Shown in pieces: positions 28,480-42,465 of a stretch of DNA of 64,000 nucleotides. Positions within the stretch are counted from its first letter, which is position 1, and each line of letters starts with the position of its first letter. Source of the DNA: Octopus bimaculoides. Taxonomy: Eukaryota. Made by a program: the position numbers and the translations under genes. Where the stretch lies: the NCBI RefSeq assembly GCF_001194135.2, contig NC_068981.1:44994352-45058351 (forward strand), written 5' to 3'. A model generated the notes under the pieces. It was not told the DNA's origin. It saw nothing but the letters and a program-made list of their open reading frames with translations, and ran no database searches.

Positions 28480-28800
28480 AGATAGCAACATAGAAATACA
28501 TGGATTAAGTACAAGATTAAACAGATGCATGGCCATATAGACACTGACAGATATATGAATAGTTGGATTAACAAGAGAGAACTAGACAAACTGAAACAGA
28601 AGTGAACCAATGGAACAGCGGATAAATAGGATGATAGAGATGAAGGTGATATACGAAATTTAGTGAAGATGATAGATAATTCAGCTGATAATGGCATGAA
28701 ACAAATTTAGTATAGTGTGTATGATCTGGAGAAATATGTAATATCTGGCAGGCAAAGAAGAATGCTGAAGTATGTAAGCTAAGATGTTAAGTAACATTGC
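28480..28800 (+). mobile_element. Possible highly decayed R4-like non-LTR fragment
   Basis: KQMHGH...SWINKREL..ETE resembles the KQMHGQ..W.WL.KG.LK.ETE segment of R4-clade ORFs. Many stops. Confidence 0.3.
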
Positions 28801-29338
28801 ACAGAGTGGACATCTTTACATCTTCGTAAAGATATGAAATCTGGTTTTCTATATGGTGTAACCACAGGAAATCTCCAACAATATGCTCGAGTTATGCTTA
28901 GGTTCTTATCTGCATTTCTTAATTATTTCCTCTTCTAAATTATATTAGACATCCGACCATTCACTCAAACGATAATAACCATTTTGCAAATATTGCATAT
29001 CATACTGCAGTGCTTCGTTATTTCTCTATGTCAAGATTTTCTTGGGGATTCCAAGTTTTCTAAATATGATTTGAAGTTGTTTATCCGGAAAACTTAATGT
29101 TATTGAAGATCTCGAAGTGTAAGCTTTCGGTTAGAGTCAGTTTACTTTGTCAAAAAAGATAATTACTTAGTAAACTTAATGATGCTAATATCGGTTTCGA
29201 ATTTTCGCACATGGACAAAAATTATGATGGAGAGTATAAAACGATTATATCGACCCCGAAATGATAATAGGTAAAGTCCACCTTGGCTGAATTTGATTTA
29301 ATAATATTAATATTAAGAATAACTTAATGGTCATTTTG

Positions 29339-29465
29339 GTGGTGAAATGGCAGAATCGTTAGTATGCTGGACGAATTGCTTAGCGGCATTTCGTCTGTCT
29401 TAACATTCTAAGTTCAAGTTCCGCTGAGGTCGACTTTTCCTGCGATACATGGAGATTGATAAAGA
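29339..29465 (+). mobile_element. Octopus-type SINE 5' fragment
   Basis: ggtgaaatggcagaatcgttagtatgctggacgaattgcttagcggcatttcgtctgtc...gaggtcgacttt, the reverse complement of the 33479-33617 family. A small opposite-strand piece lies at ~29245-29297. Confidence 0.75.
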
Positions 29466-29966
29466 AGGTATCATTTGATCATTTTGGTCAATGTAATCGA
29501 CTTAGCCACATCCCGGAAAATGCTTCTCTTGTGCCAGACTTTGAAATCAATATAAGAACGATCATTAAACTACAAAGATAATATAAAGGTGAAGCACTGT
29601 TCAAATTTACGCAGACAAGACATATGTACATGTTACTAACTGAGTATATACTCTGTAAAGCATTAGATTTCACCTCATATCTCAATAATTATAACGTCGC
29701 ATGAAACAAGTTGTCAAATTCCGAGAAGTCTTTTAGAGAAACCATCAGTTAATGTTAGGTCAAATAAATTGATAAATTATGTATTCAAAAATACATTGAA
29801 TTCAAATTTCTCTGCTGCACATTTTGACCTACATTGTGCTTGTCATCTAAAATCTGCTCCCCACCAAAAGCTCGCATACATCATATAAATTTTGAAATAA
29901 TAAACTCCAGCTAGTATATACCTATATACATATGTAGGTATATACACCTGTAGGTATACACATGTA

Positions 29967-30283
29967 GGCGCATGGCTCAGCGGTTCGAGCGTCGATCTCA
30001 AGATCGTGAGGTTGTAAGTTCGAATCCCGGCCCGGGCTGCGTGTTGTGTTCTTGAGCAAGACACTTTATTTCACGTTGCTCCAGTTCACTCAGCTGTAGA
30101 AATGACGTGTTAAGCTGTATCGGCCTTTACCTTTCCCTTGGAAAATACTGGTGACGAGGAGAAGGGAGACCGGTATGCATGGGCGACTGCTGGTCGTCCC
30201 TAAACAACCTTGCCCGGACTTGTTCCTGGAAGGATAAATTTCTAGGTGAAATCCCATGATCAGTCATGACTGAAGGGCGTCTC
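29967..30283 (+). mobile_element. tRNA-derived SINE (separate family) with intact Pol III A and B boxes
   Basis: Box A TGGCTCAGCGG (29973-29983) and box B GTTCGAATCC (30018-30027), followed by a non-tRNA body. Not a real tRNA gene. Confidence 0.8.
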
Positions 30284-31127
30284 AGCAACATACACATGGG
30301 TATGTACGCCCCCCCACACACATGTATACATAACAACATTTCTTAATTATTTAAGTTCACATATATATAGGAGGGGTATTAGTGAAATGGTAGTGTACTT
30401 CTGAGGATTGATCTCTTCAACGACCGAATAATGGGAAATATGGGTGTCATCCGCTTTTCGTAAAAGAAAGAAAGTATCCCGTTATTGGAGGTGGGGTGAA
30501 CTATCATTTGTTTGTGTTTGCTAGTGATTTGTACTTTATATATATCTTATATGCACACACGCAGCATAAATATATACCTAGAGATATATGCATTAGAGAT
30601 ATATACCGTCGAAATGCCCTTAAGTAATTTCACTATAATTCATACACACACACACACACACACACACACGTACACATACACACACACATTCATCTACCTC
30701 TTTTATTTCACTTCATATGCATTGCTTAATTTCAGTTCCCCATGGCAATATTCTTAGCTGTTTCTGTTGTCTCTATTTCCCATTTCATTTAAAATTCTCT
30801 AATTCTCATTTTATCTATTTCTCTTTTCCTAATACATGAGGTTGTATACTGGTAAAAGTATAAACATCCATTGATAAGCATTTAGGGTTTTCTATTTCTG
30901 AATTCCATTGACGCACTCAAACAAGCCGAACATTTTAATGATGAGAGCGAAATTATTCCAGCCAACGAGCCAATGTAGTCTGAATTGTGTTCCGTAGACT
31001 TTTCCGTAAGAAAGGCAACAATTTATTGCGAAATTTATATACACAATTATGATTTTAAACATTAATTAGATGCTACTGCTTTATTTATCGATATATGTTA
31101 TACACGCACCACATTTAGATGAGTCTA

Positions 31128-31160
<33 letters not shown>

Positions 31161-32296
31161 GTGTATGTGTGTGTGTGTTGTCTGTGTGTTTGTGTGTGTT
31201 TATAAATGAATGTTGCTTTTTAGTTTTATATTTGTAATGGGAAACTCGTTTGAGCAGTTTTAAGAAACCTTCGATTCCTTTAATTCCGTATACATTTCAT
31301 TCCAAATCTTACAACTATTAACGTAAATTGTATCGTACGTCTGTCTTATTCACCCAAACTCTTATTGTTATATAAGTTTGTGAGCGTGCGTTTTTCAATC
31401 TGTGACTGCGTGTGTGAAATTCTTAGGATTTTGTACTGATGATATTTTAATATAATCATAAATATTGTTTTAATATATTTGCTTTCTTTAACATATTCTG
31501 TAGAAAAAATATAGAAAAATCTGTGACATTCACTTCCTTTTGAATTGGTGATCAAATTGAATAGCTGACGTTCAATATTTACCATGTGAAATTGATCATG
31601 TCACATATCACTTGTTATTTTCTCCTTGCATTAAATGCATTGCGTGTTAACGTGTGAGTTTCAGTTATCTTGTCTAATTCATGCCTCTTCAAAGAAATTC
31701 ATTGATTTTTTAAGGAGTCTTTGATCTAACACTTTCATAAATGTATCGAATATTAAAATGTTTATTGGAAAATTGAAAGATACTTGAAGCCGTTACGTTG
31801 TATATTATCGCATTATTTAGGATGTAGATATTTAAAGAAATTGGAATAAATAAATTTTAAGATGATACAAAAGAAAAGTGATTTCAGGATATACTCTTTG
31901 AAAAATATTTCGTGTGCATTAAATATATTTTCTTGTTAGATTATGCGATAAAATGAATTGCATCATCTTAAATACTTAAGGTGAGGAATAATATCTGGAG
32001 TATATTTCCTTAAAGAAAGTTGAAATAAATTTTAAATGTATTTGGTTCTTCGGGCGGTTGTAATTCTTATGTACGCACATGAAATCCTTTGTAAATACTT
32101 ATCATTCCTCTACATTGCATACATAGGTGATCTTAGTCTTCATGATCCGTAAGCATACAAATATGCTTATGAATGTAGAACAGCGCTTACGCGCACTAGT
32201 GCATTTTCTGTGTGTTTGTTTTAGCGAGTTGAGAATGTTCGTCTACTTTCTAGAGAACATGATCGATGAGGTGAGGAAGAAACAAAGTAGCCGGAA

Positions 32297-32376
32297 AGGA
32301 GGAGGAAGAAGAAGAAGAAGAAGAAGAAGAAGAAGAAGAAGAAGAAGAAGAAGAAGAAGAAGAAGAAGGAGAAGAA
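32297..32376. repeat. (GGA)/(GAA)n microsatellite
   Basis: Directly visible. It explains the poly-R and poly-F ORFs. Confidence 0.95.
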
Positions 32377-33478
32377 AACAGCGGAAAAATTAAGGGATTC
32401 TGAAAAAGGAAAATGAAATAAACGGTGTCCAGTAGTGCTGTATCTCTTTATCAAATAAAGAGGTAAACAGCTTAATGTAGACGCGAACGATACTCATAAA
32501 TTTATGAACTAACGAAAGTTTAAAGATAAATGCAGTTTCTTATAGATTTAAAATAGAGGAAACCTGATATTATGAATAGAAGAACCAGAGACTTCAGTAC
32601 TTTATGAATCATGCAGAAGCCGGATGGTGAAGTTTTTCATTCTAAAGAAAATCGCATACTATGAGGCTGTTTGATCTGTTCAGAATTAGTCATATGTAAA
32701 AATATGTTACTGACCGTCATCTTAAATAATGTCCTTCCTGAGATTACAAAATGGAATATGAATTATGTAATAACTGTACCTTATTGAAATCTGACCAAAA
32801 TCCTGCAAGCAATATATCATTCTCATAATTGTAGATACGAGACCTATCTGATGAAGGATGGAATTCGCTACCATTAACTGAGTTTTGATCTGTTTAGTAT
32901 TTAAGACATCACACCTGCAGCTGATGTGGTGAATAATTTGTCTGTGTTTCATCTCACTTTGGACTATTACATTCCAGTTCAAAGAAGAAGTTTGCTGATA
33001 TCTATGAGTTAATTCTGATCCAATAAATTCTACTTCATTTCAAAGCGGGATTCAATTGTTAAATTTCGCAGACTTTTCTCGTCCATGAAAGAGGAATATT
33101 TTTTCTGGCGAGGCAAATACATTCAGCTCATGTAATTGAGATTTGTTATGTGGTGAACGCTTGTACAATATGACTTTATGGTAAGGTTGAATGGCAGATG
33201 TTTCAAGAGAGGTAAAATGATAAAACTCGTATTAATCTTCGATGGAAAAGAGCTGTTATATGCAGCATGTTGGCAAAACAGAAAGATATTGACTAAGGAA
33301 ACCAAAATAAACAATGACTATATTGAAAATACCCCTTGCGAGGAAACTTGCCTACCTGTCTAGCTTGGGCTTTAAGTTTGCTCGAAGCTATGAAGAAACC
33401 TAACAAGAAATTCTGAAGCAAAATAATGGAAAGATAAGAGTATGGTGATGATAGAAGAAGATATGTCAAACCACAAAA

Positions 33479-33617
33479 GTGGTGCTAAATTTATCGACCC
33501 CGAAAAGATGAAAGGCAAAGTCGACCTCGGCGGAATTTGAATTCAGAACGTAGCGGCAGATGAAATACCGCTAACCATTTCGCCCGGCGTGCTAACCGTT
33601 CTGCCAGCTTGCCACAC
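33479..33617 (-). mobile_element. Well-preserved octopus-type SINE 5' half
   Basis: Minus strand: gcaagctggcagaacggttagcacgccgggcgaaatggttagcggtatttc...gttctgaattcaaattccgccgaggtcgactttgcctttcatc. Confidence 0.85.
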
Positions 33618-35899
33618 TGGAAAGCCAATAATATAATGAGAGAAAATTTGTTAAAAAGGTCAACGGAATTCTCTCAAGCTGTATAGTTGAGCCCCTCATA
33701 TTATATGTTTGAATTAGAATGAATACATCATTAAGGCTGCAGTAGAGACGAGCTTTTTCTACTTCGCCGACTAAAAGAGTGTTTTGTCAATCCTTGTAGT
33801 AACACCTCAAGTAAATCCAACAAACCTTTCTAGGTTCTTTGAGTTTAGGTGTAGATCAAATCCAACAAAAACTGCAGCAGCTTTAATAGCTCCAATCTTG
33901 GTTATTTTATCATTTGTATCTTATGAATACGCTGTAAATGTAACCGAGTTAAAATGTATGCAGTTGTTGTTGCAAGCACTTGCCATTGTTTTCTAGAATC
34001 GCATTAAAATGTAACGAGAAGACCGTGAGCAAAAAGGATAGCATTGGTTGTTGCCATTTTAAATCAAAACAATTTAATTTTCCAATAAATGAAATTTGTT
34101 TACAAGAAAACAGAAAAAAAAAATCATAATTGAATAAAGAGATATTCAGACAAAATAAAAGCAACTGGTACACTTTTAAACACAGACGTTCGCAGTAAAA
34201 GTGTTGAAAAAGAAACATTGCCCAACAACAAAGTAAGAATAAAATAAATCGGCAGCAGTAGTAGCATCTACGCATTACGTCAAATGGGGTGGGGACAGAA
34301 TGGATGGAAAAAAGGAAGGGAAATGCTAAGAAGAATTTCAGAACATGAAAATCTGTTCCGTGGATGTTTTATAAATAGGTAAATTTATCTTTTCCAAAGT
34401 TCTTTAAGTCGAAGTTTAACTGAAGCAATATTCTGAAGTGCTTAGTTACTGTTCAGATTAGAGGGAAAATATTACCTCTTTGTTTCCAAACAAAATTGAT
34501 GAAACGCTTCTCTGGTTTTAAAATTTAGCATTTGTGCGTCACACAACTGCCCAGTAAGTTCACATTCGGCACATGTATTGACTTATGCAAGATATAAATG
34601 TAAGTGTACCAGCTGTCATCATATTGTGGCACAGTCGGTCTACGTCCCAGATACTGCGGAATTACATGTCATATGGTGTAGCATCATTGTATAATAATTT
34701 ACTTAAGGCATTTCAGAGGATTACAAAAATCCACCACAACAATGGCAACCTAATGAGGTAGAAGGAAAGAAATACATTAAATTGATGGTCGAAGTCAGAA
34801 AGCTTATCTACAGAAGCTATAATAAATCGTTTCCAAAAGTATCGTGACATCCGTTTCGGATCTCGGAATGGCATAGTTATTTACATTGGCCTGAGTCCAA
34901 AATCCAAATTTATATCCATCGACTGTATTACTAACTCATCATCTCGCGATAAAACAGAATATAGTATATTATTTGAATGGTGGTCCTAAAAGGAAGCAAA
35001 CAGTAAGCCCGTGCAATTCTCATTATCAAGATTTTTACTCTATTTCATATATCAAGCGACAGTGAAACATTTGATGGAAAACCTCAAAAGATATGAATAG
35101 AAAATGAAAAGGTATTTGCTGGTATGTGTGAAGGAATGTGTACCAATGAATGAATCATACATCAAAAGCGATTTGTTCTTTGTTTTGATCTTATATTTAT
35201 AGAGAAATGTATTTAATTCATACTGAGGGCGTGTCTTTCTTCTTAATTAGACAACCATGTTATTTATTCTCGAATCTAGTGTGTGCACCACCTTCGCGAT
35301 GTTATTGTTTAGTTCTTGTTTTAATCGTCTTTAGTGATAATCTTTTAAGTGTCAAACAGACATTTCGTTTTAATAGAAGATAGTCAGAATTTTTCAAAAA
35401 TGTGTGTTGGAGTACACGAACACAAACCATTTGCAATATATACATCAATTTTATAGTGTTATATATAAAAGATTTTACAAGATATCTCTTACACACTTAA
35501 TGAAATTTTCAAATTTTCTTCTGATAGAAAACATTATTACTGTGATTGGAATTACGAGGAAAATGGCCACACACAAGAGATTGAACGTGTTCCGTGTGTA
35601 AAAATTTAGACCTATAGTAGTGTGTTGTTTTTGTAAAAATGGGGACGACGGAGAAGCAAAGGAGACAGAAAAGTAGTAATGGGAGAGATGGCAGGTGAAT
35701 ATTTAATAAATTTTACTTCAGGCTGCAACGTATAGGGTAGGAAATAAGAGAGAAATATGACTTGGCATGAATCGCTATATTGATATATATTAAGCATACA
35801 CGCGCACTTACACACACATGCACAGACATGTACATAAATATATACGTATGGTATTATATATATTCATATAAAAACAATAGACACACACACACACACACG

Positions 35900-35935
<36 letters not shown>

Positions 35936-35954
35936 GGCATATTAATATACATAT

Positions 35955-36070
35955 GTACTTACTAATATAGAATATGTCCTGGGGTAGATTTGCTCGACTA
36001 AAAGGCGGTGCTCCAGCATGGCCGCAGTCAAATGATTGAAACAAGTAAAATAGTAAAGGTGTAAAGAGTA
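35955..36070 (+). mobile_element. SINE 3' end (same family as 9131-9578)
   Basis: gctcgactaaaaggcggtgctccagcatggccgcagtcaaatgattgaaacaagtaaaa. Confidence 0.8.
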
Positions 36071-36820
36071 AATATGCATATATGGGTATAGGACGTCGCA
36101 GAAGGGAAACAGCATCAAATACAAAATTTGAAAACAACATAAAATAGTGAAATACGAAATACGAAAACAACATGAGCTAGTGAAAACAAACAGTGAGGGC
36201 TACTAAGCCAGATAACGTAAGGTGGCAAACGCTGTAGGAACATTATTTGACAAGAGAAAAGGTAGGAGAGGAGACATGCAAGAATGCGTTATCAACAGCA
36301 TGTCAGTTTCTCCTCTACCACCAGCCTAAGGGAATAACCATTTGCGATTTTTATAACCTGAATCTAAGCAGCATCAGCTAACGTTAACTAAAGCATCAAG
36401 TGTATTTTTCACAGGAAAATTCATAGTCTGGTAGCGATGTGACTTATTAATATCCCATCTTTGAAACTGAAACCCTCACCAGTGTTTTCGATCCGAAAGA
36501 CCACTACCGGTCAACGTGAATGAAAAAATACATGCACGAAGGTGTGTGAATTATCTCTCCCACACTTTCAATCAAAGAACGAGAAATAGAAGAGCGGAAC
36601 ATGACAAGTTTCATAAGAGTGAAGGAGGGAAATCTACCACCAAACATTGATTACAAAAAGAACAATATTAAAAAAAAAAAACTAACATCTAAATTTGAAA
36701 ACACAAATGAGTCATACCAGTTTAATGATACAATTGGTATGGAAATTAAACTCTCTATAACGAAAAACTTGTACAATCAAAGCATACGAGAATGCAACCA
36801 TTGTTTGAGACACACCATTT

Positions 36821-36950
<130 letters not shown>

Positions 36951-37520
36951 AAAGCCTACTAGTCCCGATATTTTGCTTAGGGATTACGAAGGAACGTAAA
37001 ATGCATTCTAAATGATACATTAATTCCAAACACAAGACAATGTATCTCTAAAACAACTGCTATAACTCACAAATTATAAAGATCTAGAAGTAAAGATAAC
37101 CTGAGTGTGAGACCCGAAAGCAGAAATAATACTAACTTGATAGGTGCTTTAGATCAGGTTATAAAAGCATATGGAGAAATATGTTTATGATGGAGATGGT
37201 GCCGTTGCAGTTGTATGACGGTATCGTCAGAAGAGTTGGTGTTCCGTTACTCTTTGCTGTGGGCAACAAACCTTAGATATTTTGTGTCAATACACAAGTA
37301 TCACCTTCCTGACTTAAACGGTCACGTACAGTCTGTTTCCGGATATAAATAAGGGGTTTGAGGCACATTGGGAGGTCAGGATACTGGACTCAATGCAAAA
37401 AATCCGACTGTTTTTTCCTTAGTGAATCGCGTGCGGGTGAACTTCCCAAAATACACCCCCTATTTCTCTTTCGGTCTCTCCCACACGTTTCATATTTTCT
37501 GATCGTCTGTCTATCACTCA

Positions 37521-37602
<82 letters not shown>

Positions 37603-37654
37603 ACCTTATCCACTAACGAGGCTTTTGACGTCCTGATTTTATATTAACAGATAA

Positions 37655-37716
37655 TTGCCCTAAGTACCACACAGTGATACTGAACTCAGAACCAAATGAT
37701 CGGGAACTACACTTCC
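37655..37716 (-). mobile_element. SINE head fragment (9131 family)
   Basis: ttgccctaagtaccacacagtgatactgaactcagaaccaaatgatcgggaac is the reverse complement of a degenerate head. Confidence 0.55.
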
Positions 37717-38991
37717 TATCAAACATATATATTTTTAGAAATGTACATAGATACATATATATTAATATATGTAGAGTTGCCATGCGAGAAGGGCTATGAT
37801 ACAGTCACACTTCTGCTTCATTGCTAACATTTATACTATTTTTACTGTAATAGCTATTTCTATCAATAGATAGATTTTAAAAGCTTTGATATAATTGTGT
37901 GTAGTACGGTAGAGAAATCCATTCAACGTTTGCATTCTTTGCGTCAAGAAGTCTTACGTACGTCAATGAATCATTTCGTATGCATTGCACAGCTATATTA
38001 TATTTGATTTCTGAGGCGTTCGCAAGATATTGTCAGTTGGTCAGTGGCCAAAGCTGGTAATATAGTCATTTAGATGCAATGACCTAGACTAGAGTTTCAA
38101 TCCGAGCAATGTGCTTGAATTACCTGACCTGGCTTAACTAAGAAATTCAATTAGCGGTTTTCACTTTGTGTTAGGTATTAATATCTTTTGAATGGACATT
38201 TGTGTTTGATATCTCTAAATGAAAGGAGACTGCTAACATAGACGCTATACACAAGGGTATTAATGACAGAGAATGAACTTAGTATATAATATGTGGTTGA
38301 TGTTCGGCACTTTACAACCAATAAAACAATATTTAGATGAGGGTTGTATATTAACGAGTGAATGACGTATAAACTGTTAATATGTATAGGTGCATGTATA
38401 TGTGTGTTTGCGTACGTGTGTTGCCTCAATAGATCATAAACTTATACGTATCAGTTCAAAATTTGAATAAATTGCCTTGTCATGACGAAAAGGAAACACG
38501 TAATGTTTCAGACAAAATTCATCGTATAACAATATTTTCCTCATGGCTCTAAAGAAATAGACTAAGGCTATTTAAGTGGACGAAGCTATAAACTAATTAA
38601 TATTATGTAACGAGAGGAAAACTAAAAATGGAAAGATACAACAGATATTGATTCTCAAGTTAAAATGAGATGAAAGAGAGGCACATAGGGTGCAGCAAAT
38701 AACGAATACGAAAAGAGAAAAACAATTTGTGGCTATCTCCTAAAGTGTACATATGATAAAAACAAAACGAATATCTATAAACTTTGAGGGACAAGATCAG
38801 TGACTTTGAGGGGATTTATAAAACGGTTCTCTAATATCATAGTCCCGGTCCATTGGAGGCTAACTTTGGCATATTTTTGAGGTTGTTAAAAATATGTAAC
38901 ATTCAAGTACTAAGAAAATTGATATAGGGTAAAAGCAACCCCATAAATCTTCTATTCCATTGCTTCAATGAGTAATCATTATTTATAGTTA

Positions 38992-39145
38992 GAAGACGGA
39001 GAACTGGAAGATACTTCCGGGTAAGATACTTAACGGCATTTCGTCTAACTTGTACGCCCCGATTTCAAATTGCACAGATGTTGACTGAGGCTTTCATTTG
39101 TCCGGGTTCGATGAAATATTAACAATTCCGGACAGGGGTCAATGA
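38992..39145 (+). mobile_element. Degenerate SINE 5' half (33479 family)
   Basis: gagaactggaaga...cttaacggcatttcgtct...ttcaaattgcac...ctttcat..ccggg.tcgat. Confidence 0.55.
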
Positions 39146-39639
39146 AAATGAATTAGATGTATCACCCCAAAATTTCGGAGCCCATGCCTATAGTAGAAAT
39201 AATTATTAATAATTGCACGCCAATTATAAAACACGTGTAAATAAGCAACTTTTATATTTTTGCACACTTGATTCCTTTCAGTTAAAATTTACGCGGTGAC
39301 CTCATTCACATTCCCTCTTACAAATCTGTTGTGCTTGTGCATGAAATTTTACTCTTGCCCCACCAAGCAACCTCATTTCTTCCTTTTACCATTTATAAGG
39401 TTTGTCCCTTATTATATCCACTCCATGTTCCTTTATTAAGCCTTTGTACTTCGAGCTATTCGATGACATTTTTACATCCGCGTACAGTCTCCAATATTTA
39501 ACTCTTTTCTTTATATTTGGATATCACATTCTTTTTAGTTTTGAGTCACCAGTACACACAGTTGCAAGCATTTAATGTTTAAGAATCCCTCTAAGTTCAC
39601 GAATTTCACCTCCTAACTTCACAAAGCAAATTCTCTACT

Positions 39640-40480
39640 GCTTCCTCTGTCAACAAACATGCATAATAATTCTCACGGGGAACCGGCTTGTGTAAATAAA
39701 TCCTATGATGTCTGTTTGCTTTTTCCTTTTTTTATTTTGTAGAGGAGGGGAATGGGTGGGTTTAGTATCTGGTGTAGCGGGTGTCACTGGACAGGTGTGG
39801 GCGGGTGGTGGCGGTTTAGGGTTCCATCTGGCTCTGTCGTTTCTCTTTTTCCCAACTACTGGCCATACTTCCTCCCTTCTCTGCGCTTCTTCCTATATCT
39901 CCTCCTGTATATTTTCTAGCTCCTTTTCCTCTTTTGTTCTGGTTTACTGTGTGGTACACATTATGGTCACATTTAAAACAATGAAGGACACTTACCACCA
40001 CCCACACTCTTAGAATCACCTCTCTGACAGACACCGCTTCTACAAATCATCCCAGCGTTTCCAGTTCCGCTTGAACTATTAGGTCTAGCGTCTTACCTTT
40101 CCATTTTGTTCCTTCTATTTCCGTGACGTGGATGACGGCCACCTCTGCCTTATTTCCGAGTAGGACCGCGGCCGCAACGCAAGCCACATCTATATCTGGT
40201 GGGATTACTTCTACCTTATTCTTGGAAGTGTTTTTTTCCAAGATAAGTGGGTACCTGTTCACGCCTTAGTCACTGCCTATTGTTTTGACACTTCTTCTAT
40301 TCCAAAATGGACTGCAATTGATTCGTAGGAATTTGTACTTCCTAAATATTTTATCTCTTTCATTACCGAACAAAAAGCCTTTCCAATTTCCTCCTGTTTC
40401 GCAAGCAGCGCCAAAACAATTCACAAAGTGTTAAAAACACCGCCAAAATTACAACTGCAAAAATAACTTACAAACACTCA
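39640..40480 (-). mobile_element. Decayed non-LTR retrotransposon 5' UTR plus ORF1 (zinc-knuckle-like; L1/Tx1-type suspected)
   Basis: ORFs 40262-40047 and 40034-39816 are in the same frame, separated by one stop: VIPPDIDVACVAAAVLLG...TLDLIVQAELETLG*FVEAVSVREVILRVWVVVSVLHCFKCDH (C-x2-C knuckle start). Clade assignment is from memory. Confidence 0.5.
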
Positions 40481-40481
40481 A

Positions 40482-40515
40482 CGGCGTGCTGACGTTTCTG
40501 CCAGCTCTCTGCTCT
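40482..40515 (-). mobile_element. SINE head truncated after ...GCACGCCG
   Basis: 40482-40506 matches 33585-33609 at 22/25 nt, then switches to unrelated LINE-like 5' sequence. Confidence 0.75.
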
Positions 40516-40538
40516 TATATATATATATATACATATAT

Positions 40539-40577
<39 letters not shown>

Positions 40578-41260
40578 NNNNNNNNNNNNNNNNNNNNNNN
40601 NNNNNNNNNNNNNNNNNNNNNNNNNNNNNNNNNNNNNNNNNNNNNNNNNNNNNNNNNNNNNNNNNNNNNNNNNNNNNNNNNNNNNNNNNNNNNNNNNNNN
40701 NNNNNNNNNNNNNNNNNNNNNNNNNNNNNNNNNNNNNNNNNNNNNNNNNNNNNNNNNNNNNNNNNNNNNNNNNNNNNNNNNNNNNNNNNNNNNNNNNNNN
40801 NNNNNNNNNNNNNNNNNNNNNNNNNNNNNNNNNNNNNNNNNNNNNNNNNNNNNNNNNNNNNNNNNNNNNNNNNNNNNNNNNNNNNNNNNNNNNNNNNNNN
40901 NNNNNNNNNNNNNNNNNNNNNNNNNNNNNNNNNNNNNNNNNNNNNNNNNNNNNNNNNNNNNNNNNNNNNNNNNNNNNNNNNNNNNNNNNNNNNNNNNNNN
41001 NNNNNNNNNNNNNNNNNNNNNNNNNNNNNNNNNNNNNNNNNNNNNNNNNNNNNNNNNNNNNNNNNNNNNNNNNNNNNNNNNNNNNNNNNNNNNNNNNNNN
41101 NNNNNNNNNNNNNNNNNNNNNNNNNNNNNNNNNNNNNNNNNNNNNNNNNNNNNNNNNNNNNNNNNNNNNNNNNNNNNNNNNNNNNNNNNNNNNNNNNNNN
41201 NNNNNNNNNNNNNNNNNNNNNNNNNNNNNNNNNNNNNNNNNNNNNNNNNNNNNTATATAT

Positions 41261-41294
<34 letters not shown>

Positions 41295-41399
41295 CTATAC
41301 ATATATATATATATTCATGTATGCGTATCCATATATGTGAATCTTTGAAACTCACGTGTATCTCGTGCATGCAATTTATCGGCATCCTCACAAATCACA

Positions 41400-41920
41400 T
41401 CTGTATCCTCTTACAGTCGAGGAAACGAAGAGCAAGAACGACAGTGCAGTTCTGTTTGAAAACAAATGACCTCTTTAATATCATGAACTTATTGAAGAGA
41501 AAATAGATGACGTTCATGGTCATACTGTTTATGCTGTATTGATTGAAAAATATCATTTGGTAACGTTGAAGTCCCAGATGTTCTTGAAACTCTTATTGAT
41601 CAGGGTGCATATCAAAATTATATACAAATTATTTGGAAAATCTATAGACAAGGAACATCCACAAAATTTGTCATTCAAAGATAAACGATCAGTATTGAAC
41701 GAAAAATTAACGTAGGGGATAAAATATCGCCCAACATCTTTCATGATTCACCGGAATAAGGCTTTGCCTAGATTATTGTGGAGAAGAAAGGAATAAATAT
41801 AAACGGCACATTTTAAATCATTTTGTGTCTGCTGTTGGCTATTTTGTCCTCTCACACGACGATCACGACCTGGAACAAAATTACAATAACTCCACTCTGA
41901 AATCGGTAAAGTGAGTCAAC
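41400..41920 (+). mobile_element. RTE-clade reverse transcriptase fragment, decayed
   Basis: Frameshifted motifs LFNIMNLLKRK, ID.EK..F.NVE.P, L.DQG, GDKISPNIF and KGININGT. Confidence 0.8.
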
Positions 41921-42465
41921 AAATAACGATGAGATTTTGTGCCGAGCTCAACGACCGTGTTACAAGCCATGGATGTGATCTATCTAACAATAATATTTAT
42001 CTTGGATAGGCATATAAAGAGCGTAAAATGATGTATGCAACTGATGGTTCTCAGTCAGTTAAGTGACTATGACAACGACAACGCAACAGAGAATGATGGG
42101 AAAACGATGATGATGATGAGTAGTAGTACTAGTAGGAGGAAGAGGAGGGAAGAAGAAGGAGGAGATGAAGACGAGCAGAAGGAGGAGGGGAGAAGGATAA
42201 TTTGTTGATAAGGATGATGAATATGATGATGCTGATGCATTTATGATGTTGAATCTATGCAAAATCTATGAAATAGCCATTTAAATCTTATAAAAACTAG
42301 AAATTCTACGCAATCTACAGGTCTTTCTATAAGTAATGTCCGGACTTCTATATTTTAAAATTGTAAACACTTTACCTGTATTTTAAAATGTGTAATGGCT
42401 TCATGTATTATTTACATATATTTGTACATATTTATATTAATCAAATATTATTTTGCTCTTCAAAG

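Noticed and set aside
29967-30040. tRNA-like sequence with A and B boxes
   Set aside because: It continues into a SINE body and lacks a proper acceptor stem, so it is annotated as a SINE rather than a tRNA gene.
32848-32880. CTGATGA followed by a short stem (GATGG/CCATT)
   Set aside because: There is no GAAA core after the stem, so it is not a hammerhead.
34720-34990. Protein-like open frames on both strands (EDYKNPPQQWQPNE..., DGYKFGFWTQANVNNY...)
   Set aside because: The frames conflict with each other, are short, and match nothing I recognise.
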